Assembly: GCA_963542015.1 (NCBI GenBank)
Contig: CAUTUX010000004.1
Location: 5,497 to 69,496 of the forward strand
From: an uncultured Clostridia bacterium
Lineage (GTDB): Bacteria; Bacillota; Clostridia; Christensenellales; CAG-917
Reading direction: 5' to 3'
Length of the DNA stretch: 64,000 nt
Under the pieces are notes generated by a model. That model was not told the origin of the DNA, did not search any database, and saw nothing but the letters and a program-made list of their open reading frames with translations. Made by a program: the position numbers and the translations under genes. How positions within the stretch are numbered: the stretch's first letter is position 1; each line of letters begins with the position of its first letter. Positions 9,271 through 19,664 of the stretch are shown here, in pieces.

Positions 9271-10280
9271 TGAAAATAGTTGTTGATGCATTTGGCGGCG
9301 ATTACTCTCCGGAAGAGATAATTTTCGGGGTAATTGATTATATTCAACAAAGCTCAAAAACTGAAATTATTCTCACAGGGAACGCAAATAAAATAAATGA
9401 AATTTTTAGAGAGAATAATTTTAATTCTTCACGGATCACAATTGTAGATGCTTCTGAAATAATAACTAATAATGATAGCCCTGTATTTGCAGTAAGAGAG
9501 AAAAAGAACAGTTCAATGACTGTTGCGTTGGATCTATTAAAATCTGATGGTGTTGATGCATTTGTAACTGCTGGTCCTACTGGTGCTGCACTTAGTGGTG
9601 CATTTATGAAGCTTGGAAGGATAAAGGGAATTTCACGCCCAGCACTTGCTTCGATTCTTCCAACAAAAATTGGTGGCAGTGCAATATTATGTGACTGTGG
9701 GGCCAATGTTGATTCAAAGCCAATAAACATGCATCATTTTGCAATAATGGCAAATTATTTTGCTAAAAACTATTTGGGAATTAAGAACCCAAGAATAGGG
9801 TTACTTTCAAATGGGACTGAAAAAGAGAAGGGTAATTTATTAAATAAAGAAGTTTATAAAATTCTTGAGCAAGATAATAAATTGAATTTTATTGGGAATT
9901 GTGAAGCAAGAGAATTATTGTCGGGCGACTACGACGTAATAGTTACAGACGGTTTTGCAGGAAATGTAGCACTTAAAACTGCGGAAGGAATTGCTGATGC
10001 AATCTTTACTAAATTAAAAACCACCCTTAAAAAGAAGGGTAATTTAATTCAGAAATTTGGTGCCTTACTTATGAAAGGTGTTTTCAAATCTGTTAAGAAA
10101 GCATTGGACTACAACACTCTCGGTGGAGCATGCCTTTTGGGAGTAAATAAAATCATTATAAAAGCACATGGTTCATCTAAGAGACTTGCTATTAAGAACT
10201 CAATTTTTCAAGCTGAAACTTTAGTAAAAGTAGAACTATGTAATAAAATCCATGAAGGAATTATAGAATATGGACTATAG
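9270..10280 (+). CDS. plsX: phosphate acyltransferase PlsX
   Basis: 336 aa starting MKIVVDAFGGDYSP, with CDCGAN and TDGFAGNVALKTAEG. Confidence 0.9.
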   Translation: MKIVVDAFGGDYSPEEIIFGVIDYIQQSSKTEIILTGNANKINEIFRENNFNSSRITIVDASEIITNNDSPVFAVREKKNSSMTVALDLLKSDGVDAFVTAGPTGAALSGAFMKLGRIKGISRPALASILPTKIGGSAILCDCGANVDSKPINMHHFAIMANYFAKNYLGIKNPRIGLLSNGTEKEKGNLLNKEVYKILEQDNKLNFIGNCEARELLSGDYDVIVTDGFAGNVALKTAEGIADAIFTKLKTTLKKKGNLIQKFGALLMKGVFKSVKKALDYNTLGGACLLGVNKIIIKAHGSSKRLAIKNSIFQAETLVKVELCNKIHEGIIEYGL

Positions 10281-10956
10281 TGCATTGTATGAAAAGATAA
10301 ATTATAAGTTCAAGAATGAGAAACTTTTAACAATTGCATTTACACATCCTTCAGTTAAAGTGGGCAACAATAAAATTATTACATACGATAGATTGGAATT
10401 TCTTGGAGATGCAATTTTAAATTTTGTAATTTCAGACCTTACTTGTGCTTTTTATCCAGATAAGAATTCTGGAGACCTTACAAAAATAAGACAAACACAT
10501 GTTAATAATAAAATATTAACAAATGTTGCCAAAAAACTTGATTTAGGAAAATACCTAATAAAGAACGCTTCTTTTGAACTAGAAAAGTCAGAAAAGATTT
10601 TTGCGGATTTATATGAAGCACTTGTTGCTGCAATATATAAAGATTCACAAAATATTATGACGGCGTACAATTTTATTTTTAATACAATAATGACACGGGA
10701 ATTAGAAATTAAAGAAGAAGACGATAATGATGTTCCTCCAGGAATTTATCGAACTGAAATAAACGAACATTGTCAAAAAAACAAATTTAAATATGAAATT
10801 GTCAATACAAGGCTTGATGATGGGACATTTAAGGCGACATTGACTATTAATAAATTTTCAATGAGTGGTGAAGGTCATACAAAGAAAGTAGCAGAAGAAG
10901 CGGCATGTAGGCGTTTTTACTATAAATTAATTAGAGGATGGTGCTTATGCGATTAA
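10270..10956 (+). CDS. rnc: ribonuclease III
   Basis: Carries the RNase III signature DRLEFLGDAILNF and a C-terminal dsRBD-like segment (GEGHTKKVAEEAAC). Confidence 0.9.
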   Translation: MDYSALYEKINYKFKNEKLLTIAFTHPSVKVGNNKIITYDRLEFLGDAILNFVISDLTCAFYPDKNSGDLTKIRQTHVNNKILTNVAKKLDLGKYLIKNASFELEKSEKIFADLYEALVAAIYKDSQNIMTAYNFIFNTIMTRELEIKEEDDNDVPPGIYRTEINEHCQKNKFKYEIVNTRLDDGTFKATLTINKFSMSGEGHTKKVAEEAACRRFYYKLIRGWCLCD

Positions 10957-13900
10957 ATAAACTTGTAATTAAAGGTTTTAAGTCATTTGCTGATAGAACA
11001 GAAATTGTTTTCAACGATAACTATACGGCAATTGTAGGACCTAATGGATGTGGAAAATCAAATGTTTCCGATGCAATAAAATGGACATTGGCGGAATCGA
11101 GACCTAGAGAAGTACGTTCAATGGGAAAAATGACAGATGTTATTTTTAAAGGAACAGAGAAAAGACCAAGTATGTCATATGCAGAGGTTTCGCTATATTT
11201 TGACAATACAAAAAAAGACCTCTTTAAGGGCTTAAATTATGATGAAGTTGTAATAACTAGAAAAATAGACAAGTCTGGAACCAGTGAATATTTTATAAAT
11301 AACATGAAATGTCTGCAAAAAGATATTAATGCTATGTTGCAAAATACGGGTATTGGAAAAAATGGATATTCAATAATCCACCAAGGAAAAGTATCTGAAA
11401 TATGTAGAGCAAAAGCACAGGAAAGACGTATGCTTTTTGAAGAGGCAGCTGATATTTCTAACTATAGAACTGATAAGGTACAGGCGGAAGAAAAGTTAAA
11501 AGATACTCAATATAAACTTGAATCAATGAATGAGATGATTCTTGATTATGAATCAAGACTTGAACCTTTGAGAAAGCAAGCAGAGAAAACAAGAAAAAGC
11601 GATGAACTTAAAGCCCAAATAAAAGAACAAGAAGTTAATTTGTTTATTTCTAAGTCAGACAGCATGCAAGAGACAAAACAAAAATTTGAAAAGAAGATCA
11701 ATAAGGCAACACTTGAAATAGTTGCTCTTGATGATGAGATGAATAAGATTTCAGCCCAGAATGATGAATACAGAAATGAGATTAACAGACTTGAAAAAGA
11801 ATTAACTGCAGTATCTACACAGATAACAGAAGTTATGGTTCAGAACGCAACCGACACTGGACAAATAAATACTCTTAAACAGAAGATGCAAGACTGTAAC
11901 ACAAATATTCAAAGAATAAATAGCGAGCTGGAAATACTTAACGAGAAGAAAGAAAAACTTGCTAAAGAACTTGAAGATAAGAAGGCAGAATTCAAACTGA
12001 AAAATGATGAATTAAATAGTAAATCTGCTACATACAATGAAAAAAATTCAAAGTATGAAATAATTGTCAAAACTAGTGGTGAGAGAAATTCAAAGCTTCA
12101 ACAGTTACATAAAGAATATATTGAAGCAATTGAAAAGAAAGGCAAATTAGATGAAGAGTTACAAGGAGTTAAGACAACGAAGGCTGTTAATGAATCTAAA
12201 GTTAATGACTTAAATAATTTCTTAACTGAAAATAAAGAAAAATTCGCCAATTTGCTTGTTGAAATAGATACATCTGATAAAGAAAAAAAGAAATACTACA
12301 ATTTAAAAATTGATGAATCTAATGCATATAATCAAGTTGAAGAAAATAGAAAAAAATTAAAACAGGAAATAGAAGATTTGCGTAATGAAATAGCAGAACT
12401 TAATAATGTTATGTCATCTCAGAGAACTAAGTATGAGGTTTTGAGTGACAACAAATCAAGATTATCTATTTTCAATGAAGCGACAAGATTATTGTTACAA
12501 GATAAAGATTTACCACAAATTAAAGGTAAATTGTTTGGAACTCTTGTTGACTTAATTAAAGTTCCAACAAAATACTCAACAGCTGTTGAATACAGTGTTG
12601 GAGGAGCTTATCAACATGTTGTAGTACCAACTGCTGATGATGCAACATTTTTAATTAATTACTTAAAAGAAAAGAAATACGGTCGTGTAACATTTAGACC
12701 ATTATCAACAACAAATGTTAAAGCAAAATCTGGAGAAATAATTGCTGCAAAGAAAGAATACGGAGTAGTAGGAATCGCATCTGAACTCGTTGAATGTGAT
12801 CCTAAATTTAGGAATCTCGTTGAATTTTTATTAGGTAATACACTGATAGTAGATAACGCCGAAACAGGTAAACAGTTATTTATGCAATATAGACAAGCAT
12901 TTAAAATCGCTACACTCGATGGAGATATCTTCTCAAGAGGTGGTGAAATAACTGGTGGTTTCAATAAGAGTCAAGCTTCAAAAATATTCTCACAACAAAA
13001 AGAAATTGATGATGCTAAAAAGACTATAGAGCAAACTAAAATTGCACTTGAAGAAAGTCATAATGAAATAAAGAGAAAGCAGATTGAAGTTAATGATCTT
13101 GCTGCCGTTCTCGAAGAAAGAAAGAATTCAATGCTTTCATATAGAGAAAAAGAACTTGCAGCTGAAAATACAATGACATTATTGGCACAGCAAAAAGAGG
13201 AACTGGAGAACATAATTCAAAAAGCACAAGAAGAATTAAGCCTATTGACATATGGTGCCAAGGACCTACAACCAAAACTTGAAGAACAGAGACGACTTGA
13301 AGAATTTGTTATCAAGAAAAAATTGGAATATGATGAAGCCTCAAAAATTAGTGCAGAGAGCCAAGCAAATGATGAAAGTGTCATTCTTGAAACTGAAGTC
13401 ATGAACTTGAAAGTTGAAACAGCTACATTGAGACAAATTGTTGCATCATTAACTCAAGACTTAGATAGACTGGATGTGGAAAATGCGAATATAGATAAAG
13501 ATATTAATAGTAGGAATGATGACTTAAATAACTACAAAAAAATCATTGAAGAAGTTGAGGAAAAGACAGGTAATATTAAAGTTGTTGGCGGTGACAGAAA
13601 AATAGTAGAAGATCTTGAACTTCAAAGAAAAACAATTGAATTAAGAAAAGAATTTGTCAGAGGAGAAATGGACAAAATTCAGAATAGAAAAGATTTAATT
13701 GTAGATGAACGAAGCCAACTTAATGAAAACAAATACAGAGAAGAAACAGCTCTTGATAAATATCTTGAAGAACTCAATGAAATGAGAACATACATCATTG
13801 ATACATATGATTTAACTTATGATGGAGCATTGCAGTTCAAATTGGAAGGATTTGAATCGTATGGAGCAAAAGAAAGAATTAAAGAGTTAAAAGCCAAGAA

Positions 13901-14537
13901 ATCTAGACTTGGAGATGTAAATGATTTAGCTATTCTTGAGTTAGCTGAAGTTGAAGCAAAATATAAAGATATGTCTGTAAAACGTGATGATGTTGTAGCT
14001 GCATGTAACGATATTCAATCATTGATCGCTGAGCTAACAGCAAAAATGCGTAATAAGTTCTTAGAGTCATTTAATAAGATCAGAGAAAATTATCAGAAAA
14101 CATTTGAGGGACTTTTCCTCGGCGGTAAGGGTGATCTTGAACTTGATTACTCTAAAACTGACGATCCATTGTTGGCAGATATCATAATTAAGGCGAAACC
14201 ACCTGGAAAGAAAGAAATGGATATTGGATTATATTCTGGTGGAGAACAAACTCTGATTTCTATCGCATTGCTGTTCTCGTTCATTTCACTAAAGCCAATG
14301 CCTTTCTGTCTACTTGATGAAGCAGATGCGGCGTTAGATGAACCGAATGGAGATTTGTTTGCACAGTTTATAAACAAATACGCTGTTAGTGGTTCACAGT
14401 TTATTGTTATTACACATAGAAGACAAGCTATGCAGTGTGCTAACTCAATATATGGTGTAACAATGCAAGAAAAAGGAGTATCTAAGCTAGTTTCAATTGA
14501 GCTAGAAGATGCAGTCAAAATGACTAAAGAAGCATAA
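10947..14537 (+). CDS. smc: chromosome segregation protein SMC
   Basis: The N-terminus MRLNKLVIKGFKSF...GPNGCGKSN is the Walker A region. Long coiled coils and a hinge follow, with C-terminal LSGGEQTL and CLLDEADAALD. The start is taken at the 4th codon (ATG 10947), which matches the family N-terminus. Confidence 0.95.
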   Translation: MRLNKLVIKGFKSFADRTEIVFNDNYTAIVGPNGCGKSNVSDAIKWTLAESRPREVRSMGKMTDVIFKGTEKRPSMSYAEVSLYFDNTKKDLFKGLNYDEVVITRKIDKSGTSEYFINNMKCLQKDINAMLQNTGIGKNGYSIIHQGKVSEICRAKAQERRMLFEEAADISNYRTDKVQAEEKLKDTQYKLESMNEMILDYESRLEPLRKQAEKTRKSDELKAQIKEQEVNLFISKSDSMQETKQKFEKKINKATLEIVALDDEMNKISAQNDEYRNEINRLEKELTAVSTQITEVMVQNATDTGQINTLKQKMQDCNTNIQRINSELEILNEKKEKLAKELEDKKAEFKLKNDELNSKSATYNEKNSKYEIIVKTSGERNSKLQQLHKEYIEAIEKKGKLDEELQGVKTTKAVNESKVNDLNNFLTENKEKFANLLVEIDTSDKEKKKYYNLKIDESNAYNQVEENRKKLKQEIEDLRNEIAELNNVMSSQRTKYEVLSDNKSRLSIFNEATRLLLQDKDLPQIKGKLFGTLVDLIKVPTKYSTAVEYSVGGAYQHVVVPTADDATFLINYLKEKKYGRVTFRPLSTTNVKAKSGEIIAAKKEYGVVGIASELVECDPKFRNLVEFLLGNTLIVDNAETGKQLFMQYRQAFKIATLDGDIFSRGGEITGGFNKSQASKIFSQQKEIDDAKKTIEQTKIALEESHNEIKRKQIEVNDLAAVLEERKNSMLSYREKELAAENTMTLLAQQKEELENIIQKAQEELSLLTYGAKDLQPKLEEQRRLEEFVIKKKLEYDEASKISAESQANDESVILETEVMNLKVETATLRQIVASLTQDLDRLDVENANIDKDINSRNDDLNNYKKIIEEVEEKTGNIKVVGGDRKIVEDLELQRKTIELRKEFVRGEMDKIQNRKDLIVDERSQLNENKYREETALDKYLEELNEMRTYIIDTYDLTYDGALQFKLEGFESYGAKERIKELKAKKSRLGDVNDLAILELAEVEAKYKDMSVKRDDVVAACNDIQSLIAELTAKMRNKFLESFNKIRENYQKTFEGLFLGGKGDLELDYSKTDDPLLADIIIKAKPPGKKEMDIGLYSGGEQTLISIALLFSFISLKPMPFCLLDEADAALDEPNGDLFAQFINKYAVSGSQFIVITHRRQAMQCANSIYGVTMQEKGVSKLVSIELEDAVKMTKEA

Positions 14538-14538
14538 A

Positions 14539-15435
14539 ATGGGATTTTTTTCTAAAATAAAAGAAGGCTTAAAAAAGACAAATGAAAAGTTTGCAAAAAA
14601 ACTTTTCTTTGCTTTTAAGGCTAGGAAACTTAATGATGAATTTTATGAAGGACTAGAAGAAGCATTAATAACATCAGATGCTGGAATAGGAATAACCGAA
14701 AAACTAATAGAAGATCTTAAAAGTGAATGTTTTACAAGAAAGATAACAACTGTTGATGGTGCAAAAGACTGTCTCAAGGAACTTGTTTTAGACGAAATTG
14801 ATTTTGATATTACAGAATACAGTTATCCTTTGGTAATGTTGATTGCTGGAGTAAATGGAGTAGGTAAAACTACATCAGTGGGTAAGTTAGCAAAGATGTT
14901 TAAGGATAATGGCAAGTCAGTTCTTATAGCAGCCGCAGATACATTTAGAGCGGCAGCGTCAGAACAGTTGCAAGAATGGGGAGACCGTTCTGGAGTTAAA
15001 GTAGTAAGGCAGAAAGAAGGAGCAGATCCAGCAGCAGTAGTATTTGATGCAATAACATCAGCAAAAGCAAAAAAGACAGATGTGATTTTAGTAGATACAG
15101 CTGGTAGGTTACATAACAAAAAAAATCTAATGGACGAGCTTAATAAGATATATAGAGTAACTAATAGAGAGTTTCCTCAGGCAGATGTAAGAACATATCT
15201 TGTACTAGATGCTACAACTGGACAAAATGCTTTACAACAAGCAAAGACATTTAGAGAAGTAATAGAAGCAGATGGAGTTATTCTAACTAAACTTGACGGC
15301 ACAGCAAAAGGCGGAGTTGTGATTGCATTGGGATATGAAATTAATTTACCAGTCATTTATGTTGGAGTTGGTGAGGGAATAGATGATTTAATTCCATTCT
15401 CACCTAAAGAATTTATTGATGCAATTTTTGATTAA
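14539..15435 (+). CDS. ftsY: signal recognition particle receptor FtsY
   Basis: Contains GVNGVGKTTS, DTAGR and TKLDGTAKGG of the SRP-GTPase family. Confidence 0.95.
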   Translation: MGFFSKIKEGLKKTNEKFAKKLFFAFKARKLNDEFYEGLEEALITSDAGIGITEKLIEDLKSECFTRKITTVDGAKDCLKELVLDEIDFDITEYSYPLVMLIAGVNGVGKTTSVGKLAKMFKDNGKSVLIAAADTFRAAASEQLQEWGDRSGVKVVRQKEGADPAAVVFDAITSAKAKKTDVILVDTAGRLHNKKNLMDELNKIYRVTNREFPQADVRTYLVLDATTGQNALQQAKTFREVIEADGVILTKLDGTAKGGVVIALGYEINLPVIYVGVGEGIDDLIPFSPKEFIDAIFD

Positions 15436-15440
15436 AACTT

Positions 15441-15469
15441 TTGACAAAAATTTTTAACTTGAATACAAT
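15441..15469 (+). promoter_or_regulatory. candidate promoter TTGACA-17-TACAAT for ylxM-ffh
   Basis: Perfect -35 at 15441-15446 and TACAAT at 15464-15469, with a 17-nt spacer. Confidence 0.55.
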
Positions 15470-15494
15470 GGTGTCAAGCATTTGAGGTTGACAC

Positions 15495-15806
15495 TTGGAT
15501 AGATTTTATATTAATGAACTACACGGTATATACGGTAATTTATTAACAGAACATCAAAATGAAATGTTGTCGTTGCATTATGGTGAAGATTTATCTTTTG
15601 GTGAAATAAGCCAAATGTTTAATATCAGCAGAGCAGCGGTATTAAATGCAGTGAATAAAGCAGAGACAGCTTTAATAAAGTTTGAAAATGCTTTAAAAGT
15701 GTGGGAAACATTTAATAAAATTGATGGGGTCATTACGCAGGGTCTTAATGAAAATGCAGATACTGTGGAGTGTTTAAAAAACATTAAAAAAATATTGGAG
15801 AATTAA
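15495..15806 (+). CDS. ylxM: UPF0122/YlxM putative HTH protein of the ffh operon
   Basis: TTG start 7 nt after GAGG. The pattern LLTEHQNEMLSLHYGEDLSFGEIS is sigma-70 region-4-like. It holds the conserved position between ftsY and ffh. Confidence 0.75.
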   Translation: MDRFYINELHGIYGNLLTEHQNEMLSLHYGEDLSFGEISQMFNISRAAVLNAVNKAETALIKFENALKVWETFNKIDGVITQGLNENADTVECLKNIKKILEN

Positions 15807-17134
15807 TGTCGGTATTTGAGAACTTAAGTGACAGAATAAATCATATTTTTTCAAAGCTTAGGAATAAAGGGAAATTAACAGAACTTGAGATTAAAAATGC
15901 AATGAGGGAAATTCGAGTTGCATTGCTTGAAGCTGATGTTAATTATGCCGTTGTTAAAGATTTCATAAATATAGTATCCCAAAAAGCTGTTGGGGAAGAT
16001 ATTCTAAAGTCATTAACTCCAGTACAACAAATCATTAAAATTGTTAATGAAGAACTGATTGCATTAATGAGTTCTAATGATCAAAAGCTTACATTTTCAA
16101 GTAAGCCAATTTCAGTATACATGATGTGCGGTCTTCAAGGTGCTGGAAAAACAACAATGTGTGGAAAGCTCGCAAAATATCTCACAAAGCAAAACAAGAA
16201 AGTCTTACTAGTTGCTTGTGATATATACAGACCTGCAGCCATAGAGCAATTGGAAATTGTTGGTAAAAAGGCAAATGTTGAAGTTTTCCAAAAAGGTAAA
16301 ATTGCACCATTAAAAATAGCTAAAGAAGCCTTAAAATATGCTGAAAAAAATCAGTTTGATGTAGTAATTTTAGATACTGCTGGAAGATTGCATATTGATG
16401 CGGATTTAATGAAAGAACTTTCTGAAATTAAAAAGGCTATCGATATTCAAGAAATACTCCTCACAGTAGATGCAATGACTGGACAAGATGCAGTAAATGT
16501 TGCCAAGGCATTTAATGACCAATTGGATATAACTGGCGTTATCATCACAAAACTTGATGGCGATACAAGAGGTGGAGCTGCCTTATCAATAAAGGCAATT
16601 AGTGGCAAGCCAATTAAGCTTATTGGAACTGGTGAAAAAATTGAAGATTTGGAACCATTCCATCCAGATAGAATGGCATCACGTATTCTTGGAATGGGAG
16701 ATGTCTTAACATTAATTGAAAAGGCACAAGAGGCAATAACTGAAGATGAAGCGAAAAGTTTAAGACAAAAAATGAAAGATAATAGTTTCACTCTAGACGA
16801 TTATTTAAAACAATTGGATTCAGTTAAAAAAATGGGTGGAATAACAAATATTATAAAACTTATACCAGGGTTGCAGAGAAAGTTAAATGGGGCAATGCCT
16901 AATATAAGTGAAGATGAAATTAAAAAAACAAAAGCAATAATTCAGTCTATGACAAAAAAAGAAAGAAAAAATCCTGAAATAGTTAAATCAAATAGGAAAA
17001 AGAGAATTGCCAATGGAAGTGGAACAAACATTCAAGATGTAAATCATTTATTAAAACAGTTCTTAGCATCTAAAGAAATGATGAGTAAAATGGCAAATGG
17101 GAAAGGATTAAGAGGGATGATGAATCCTTTTTGA
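15806..17134 (+). CDS. ffh: signal recognition particle protein Ffh
   Basis: Contains GLQGAGKTT, DTAGR, TKLDGDTRGG and a Met-rich M domain. Confidence 0.95.
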   Translation: MSVFENLSDRINHIFSKLRNKGKLTELEIKNAMREIRVALLEADVNYAVVKDFINIVSQKAVGEDILKSLTPVQQIIKIVNEELIALMSSNDQKLTFSSKPISVYMMCGLQGAGKTTMCGKLAKYLTKQNKKVLLVACDIYRPAAIEQLEIVGKKANVEVFQKGKIAPLKIAKEALKYAEKNQFDVVILDTAGRLHIDADLMKELSEIKKAIDIQEILLTVDAMTGQDAVNVAKAFNDQLDITGVIITKLDGDTRGGAALSIKAISGKPIKLIGTGEKIEDLEPFHPDRMASRILGMGDVLTLIEKAQEAITEDEAKSLRQKMKDNSFTLDDYLKQLDSVKKMGGITNIIKLIPGLQRKLNGAMPNISEDEIKKTKAIIQSMTKKERKNPEIVKSNRKKRIANGSGTNIQDVNHLLKQFLASKEMMSKMANGKGLRGMMNPF

Positions 17135-17170
17135 TAAATATAAAAGTATATAAAACGGAGGATAATTTAT

Positions 17171-17413
17171 ATGGTAAAGTTAAGATTAACAAGAATGGGT
17201 TCAAAGAAAGCACCTTTTTATAGAATAGTTGCTATCGATAGTAGAAAGGCAAGAGATAGTCAGTATATTGAACAAATTGGAATATACAATCCAACTGTAG
17301 AACCAAAGATGATTCAAGTTGATACTGAAGTTGCACAGAAGTGGCTCGGATTGGGTGCTCAACCAACAGAAACAGTTAAGAGTTTATTTAAGAAACAAGG
17401 AATTATTAAATAA
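17171..17413 (+). CDS. rpsP: 30S ribosomal protein S16
   Basis: Starts [21 protein letters not shown]. Confidence 0.95.
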   Translation: MVKLRLTRMGSKKAPFYRIVAIDSRKARDSQYIEQIGIYNPTVEPKMIQVDTEVAQKWLGLGAQPTETVKSLFKKQGIIK

Positions 17414-17634
17414 TGATTGATTTGATAAAATTTTTAATTGGCGAGTTTATCGGAGAAGAAAAATTCACAATTGATCAGGACGAAGATGACATTATTGTAT
17501 ACATTGAAAAAGACAGCATGGGTGCAATAATCGGAAAGTCTGGTAAAATTGTAAAAGCTATAAGAACAATAATGCGTTCTAAAAACTTTAAAGATAAAAG
17601 CAACTATAAATTAACAATTAAAGAGCGTGAATAA
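17413..17634 (+). CDS. KH-domain RNA-binding protein (YlqC/UPF0109)
   Basis: Contains the GxxG KH core GAIIGKSGKIVKAIRT and holds the conserved position between rpsP and rimM. Confidence 0.8.
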   Translation: MIDLIKFLIGEFIGEEKFTIDQDEDDIIVYIEKDSMGAIIGKSGKIVKAIRTIMRSKNFKDKSNYKLTIKERE

Positions 17635-18127
17635 TTTAATTCCTATTGGGAAAATATTAAAACCTAGGGGACTAAAAGGGGAACTAAAGGTTGATATTTA
17701 CTCAAAAGAATATAGGAACATTCTCATAGTTAAAAAAGTATTTATAGATAGTATTCCATATACCAAGGAATCTGCAGCTACATATGGCGGTTTTGTATAT
17801 ATAACTCTTGAAGGGATTGACTCGCTTGAAAAAGCTTCAAGTTTTAAAGATATGGAGATCTGTATTGAAAGAGAACAGTTTGCAAAATTACCCGATGGGT
17901 ATAATTATATAGTTGATTTGATAGGATGTACTGTTGCTGTATCTGATAAAGAAATTGGACAGCTTGTTGATGTATATAATTATTCAGATAGATATGTATA
18001 TGTAGTAAAAGGTAAAAGCATTTTTCATGTGCCAGTAGTTGATGGTTTAATTTTATCTAAAGATCTAAGAAGCAAGTTAATTGTATTTGATCCAGAAGTA
18101 TTTGAAAGAGTTGGAGTAGAAAATTGA
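17627..18127 (+). CDS. rimM: 16S rRNA processing protein RimM
   Basis: Has IGKILKPRGLKGELKV at the N-terminus and lies in the rpsP-rimM-trmD order. Confidence 0.85.
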   Translation: MNNLIPIGKILKPRGLKGELKVDIYSKEYRNILIVKKVFIDSIPYTKESAATYGGFVYITLEGIDSLEKASSFKDMEICIEREQFAKLPDGYNYIVDLIGCTVAVSDKEIGQLVDVYNYSDRYVYVVKGKSIFHVPVVDGLILSKDLRSKLIVFDPEVFERVGVEN

Positions 18128-18825
18128 CAAAGATTCACATTCTTACAATATTTCCAGAGTTCTTTGATGTATTCAATTACAGCATCTTAGGAAAAGCTAT
18201 AGATGCCAAACTGATTTCATTTAATATTATTGATATAAGAAAATATACAACTGATAAATACAAAAAGGTTGATGATACTCCTTTTGGTGGCGGTGCAGGA
18301 ATGTTGATGCAGTATCAACCTATTAAAAATGCACTTGATGATATAGACCCTGCTCATAAATTAAAAAGAATTATTTTTTCTCCTAAGGGAGATGTTTTAT
18401 CTCAACACTACATTGAGTCATTTAATCTCAACGAATTTATTCTAATTTGTGTAAATTATGAAGGGATTGACGAGAGACTAATTGATACAGAAATAGATGA
18501 AATGATTTCTATAGGCGACTATATCTTAACAGGTGGTGAGATTGCTGCATTTGTTTTTGTTAATGCATTAGGGAGGTATATTGATGGGGTGCTTGGATCT
18601 GGAGATTCACTTAAAAGTGAAAGCTTTGCAAATGGATTATTAGAATATCCACAATATACAAAACCAAAAACAGTTAATGGGCAAAGTGTTCCAGATATTC
18701 TACTAACTGGAAATCATAAGTTAATTGATAAATGGAGATTTGAGAAAAGTCTAGAAGAGACTTTTAAACATAGAATGGATCTTTTAAATAAAATAAATAT
18801 AGAGGACTACATACCGAAAAGATGA
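18124..18825 (+). CDS. trmD: tRNA (guanine37-N1)-methyltransferase
   Basis: Contains ILTIFPEFF, DDTPFGGGAGM and YILTGGE. The TTG start overlaps the rimM stop (TTGA). Confidence 0.95.
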   Translation: MTKIHILTIFPEFFDVFNYSILGKAIDAKLISFNIIDIRKYTTDKYKKVDDTPFGGGAGMLMQYQPIKNALDDIDPAHKLKRIIFSPKGDVLSQHYIESFNLNEFILICVNYEGIDERLIDTEIDEMISIGDYILTGGEIAAFVFVNALGRYIDGVLGSGDSLKSESFANGLLEYPQYTKPKTVNGQSVPDILLTGNHKLIDKWRFEKSLEETFKHRMDLLNKINIEDYIPKR

Positions 18826-19664
18826 CTATTAACTGGTTTCCTGGACATATGACAAAAGCTGTACGAGCAATGAAAGAGCATATTAATATGGTTGACTCTC
18901 TCATATATATCTTGGATGCCAGAGCGGTTAAGTCATGTTTAAATCCAGTATTGAATAATATTTGTAGAACAAAAAATGTTTTATATTTAGTTAACAAATG
19001 TGACCTTGTTGAAAGCGCAGATTTAAAAGAATGGGAAAGATATTTTACTAAAAATAATATGCATTATTATTTCTGTGTGGGTACTCAAGTTAAAGCGAAG
19101 GAAATTATTTCAAAACTAAAAGAAGTTAACAATGAAAAGTTGAAAAAAGCAGAAATCAAAGGAATAAAATATCAAATTAAAGCAATGGTAGTGGGAATAC
19201 CTAACAGTGGAAAATCAACTGTAATCAACTCAATTTCAAATAAAGTTAAGACAGTAACTGGCAATAAACCTGGGGTTACTAGAGGAGTACAATGGATACA
19301 TTTAAATGAGGTTTCGTTACTTGATACACCAGGAACATTATGGGGAAAATTTGAAGATGAAGATACAGCTCATAATCTTGCATATATAGGAAGTATAAAT
19401 GATGATATCTTGGATATTGAGGAACTTGCATTTGATTTCATAAATAAAATTAAAAATCAATATTTTAATTGTATACAAGAAAGATACAGTGTTTCAGATA
19501 TTAGTAGTGAAACAGCAGAAATAATAGAACAAATTGCGGATAAATGTAACTTTAAATTAAAAAGTAATAATACTGATTATTCACGAACAGCAAAGAGAAT
19601 AATTACAGATTTTAGACAAGGCAAACTTGGCAAAATAATGCTTGATAGATATTGGGATGAGTAA
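18822..19664 (+). CDS. rbgA: ribosome biogenesis GTPase A (YlqF/RbgA)
   Basis: Starts INWFPGHMTKA, with circularly permuted GTPase motifs NKCDL and GIPNSGKST and DTPG. Confidence 0.9.
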   Translation: MTINWFPGHMTKAVRAMKEHINMVDSLIYILDARAVKSCLNPVLNNICRTKNVLYLVNKCDLVESADLKEWERYFTKNNMHYYFCVGTQVKAKEIISKLKEVNNEKLKKAEIKGIKYQIKAMVVGIPNSGKSTVINSISNKVKTVTGNKPGVTRGVQWIHLNEVSLLDTPGTLWGKFEDEDTAHNLAYIGSINDDILDIEELAFDFINKIKNQYFNCIQERYSVSDISSETAEIIEQIADKCNFKLKSNNTDYSRTAKRIITDFRQGKLGKIMLDRYWDE

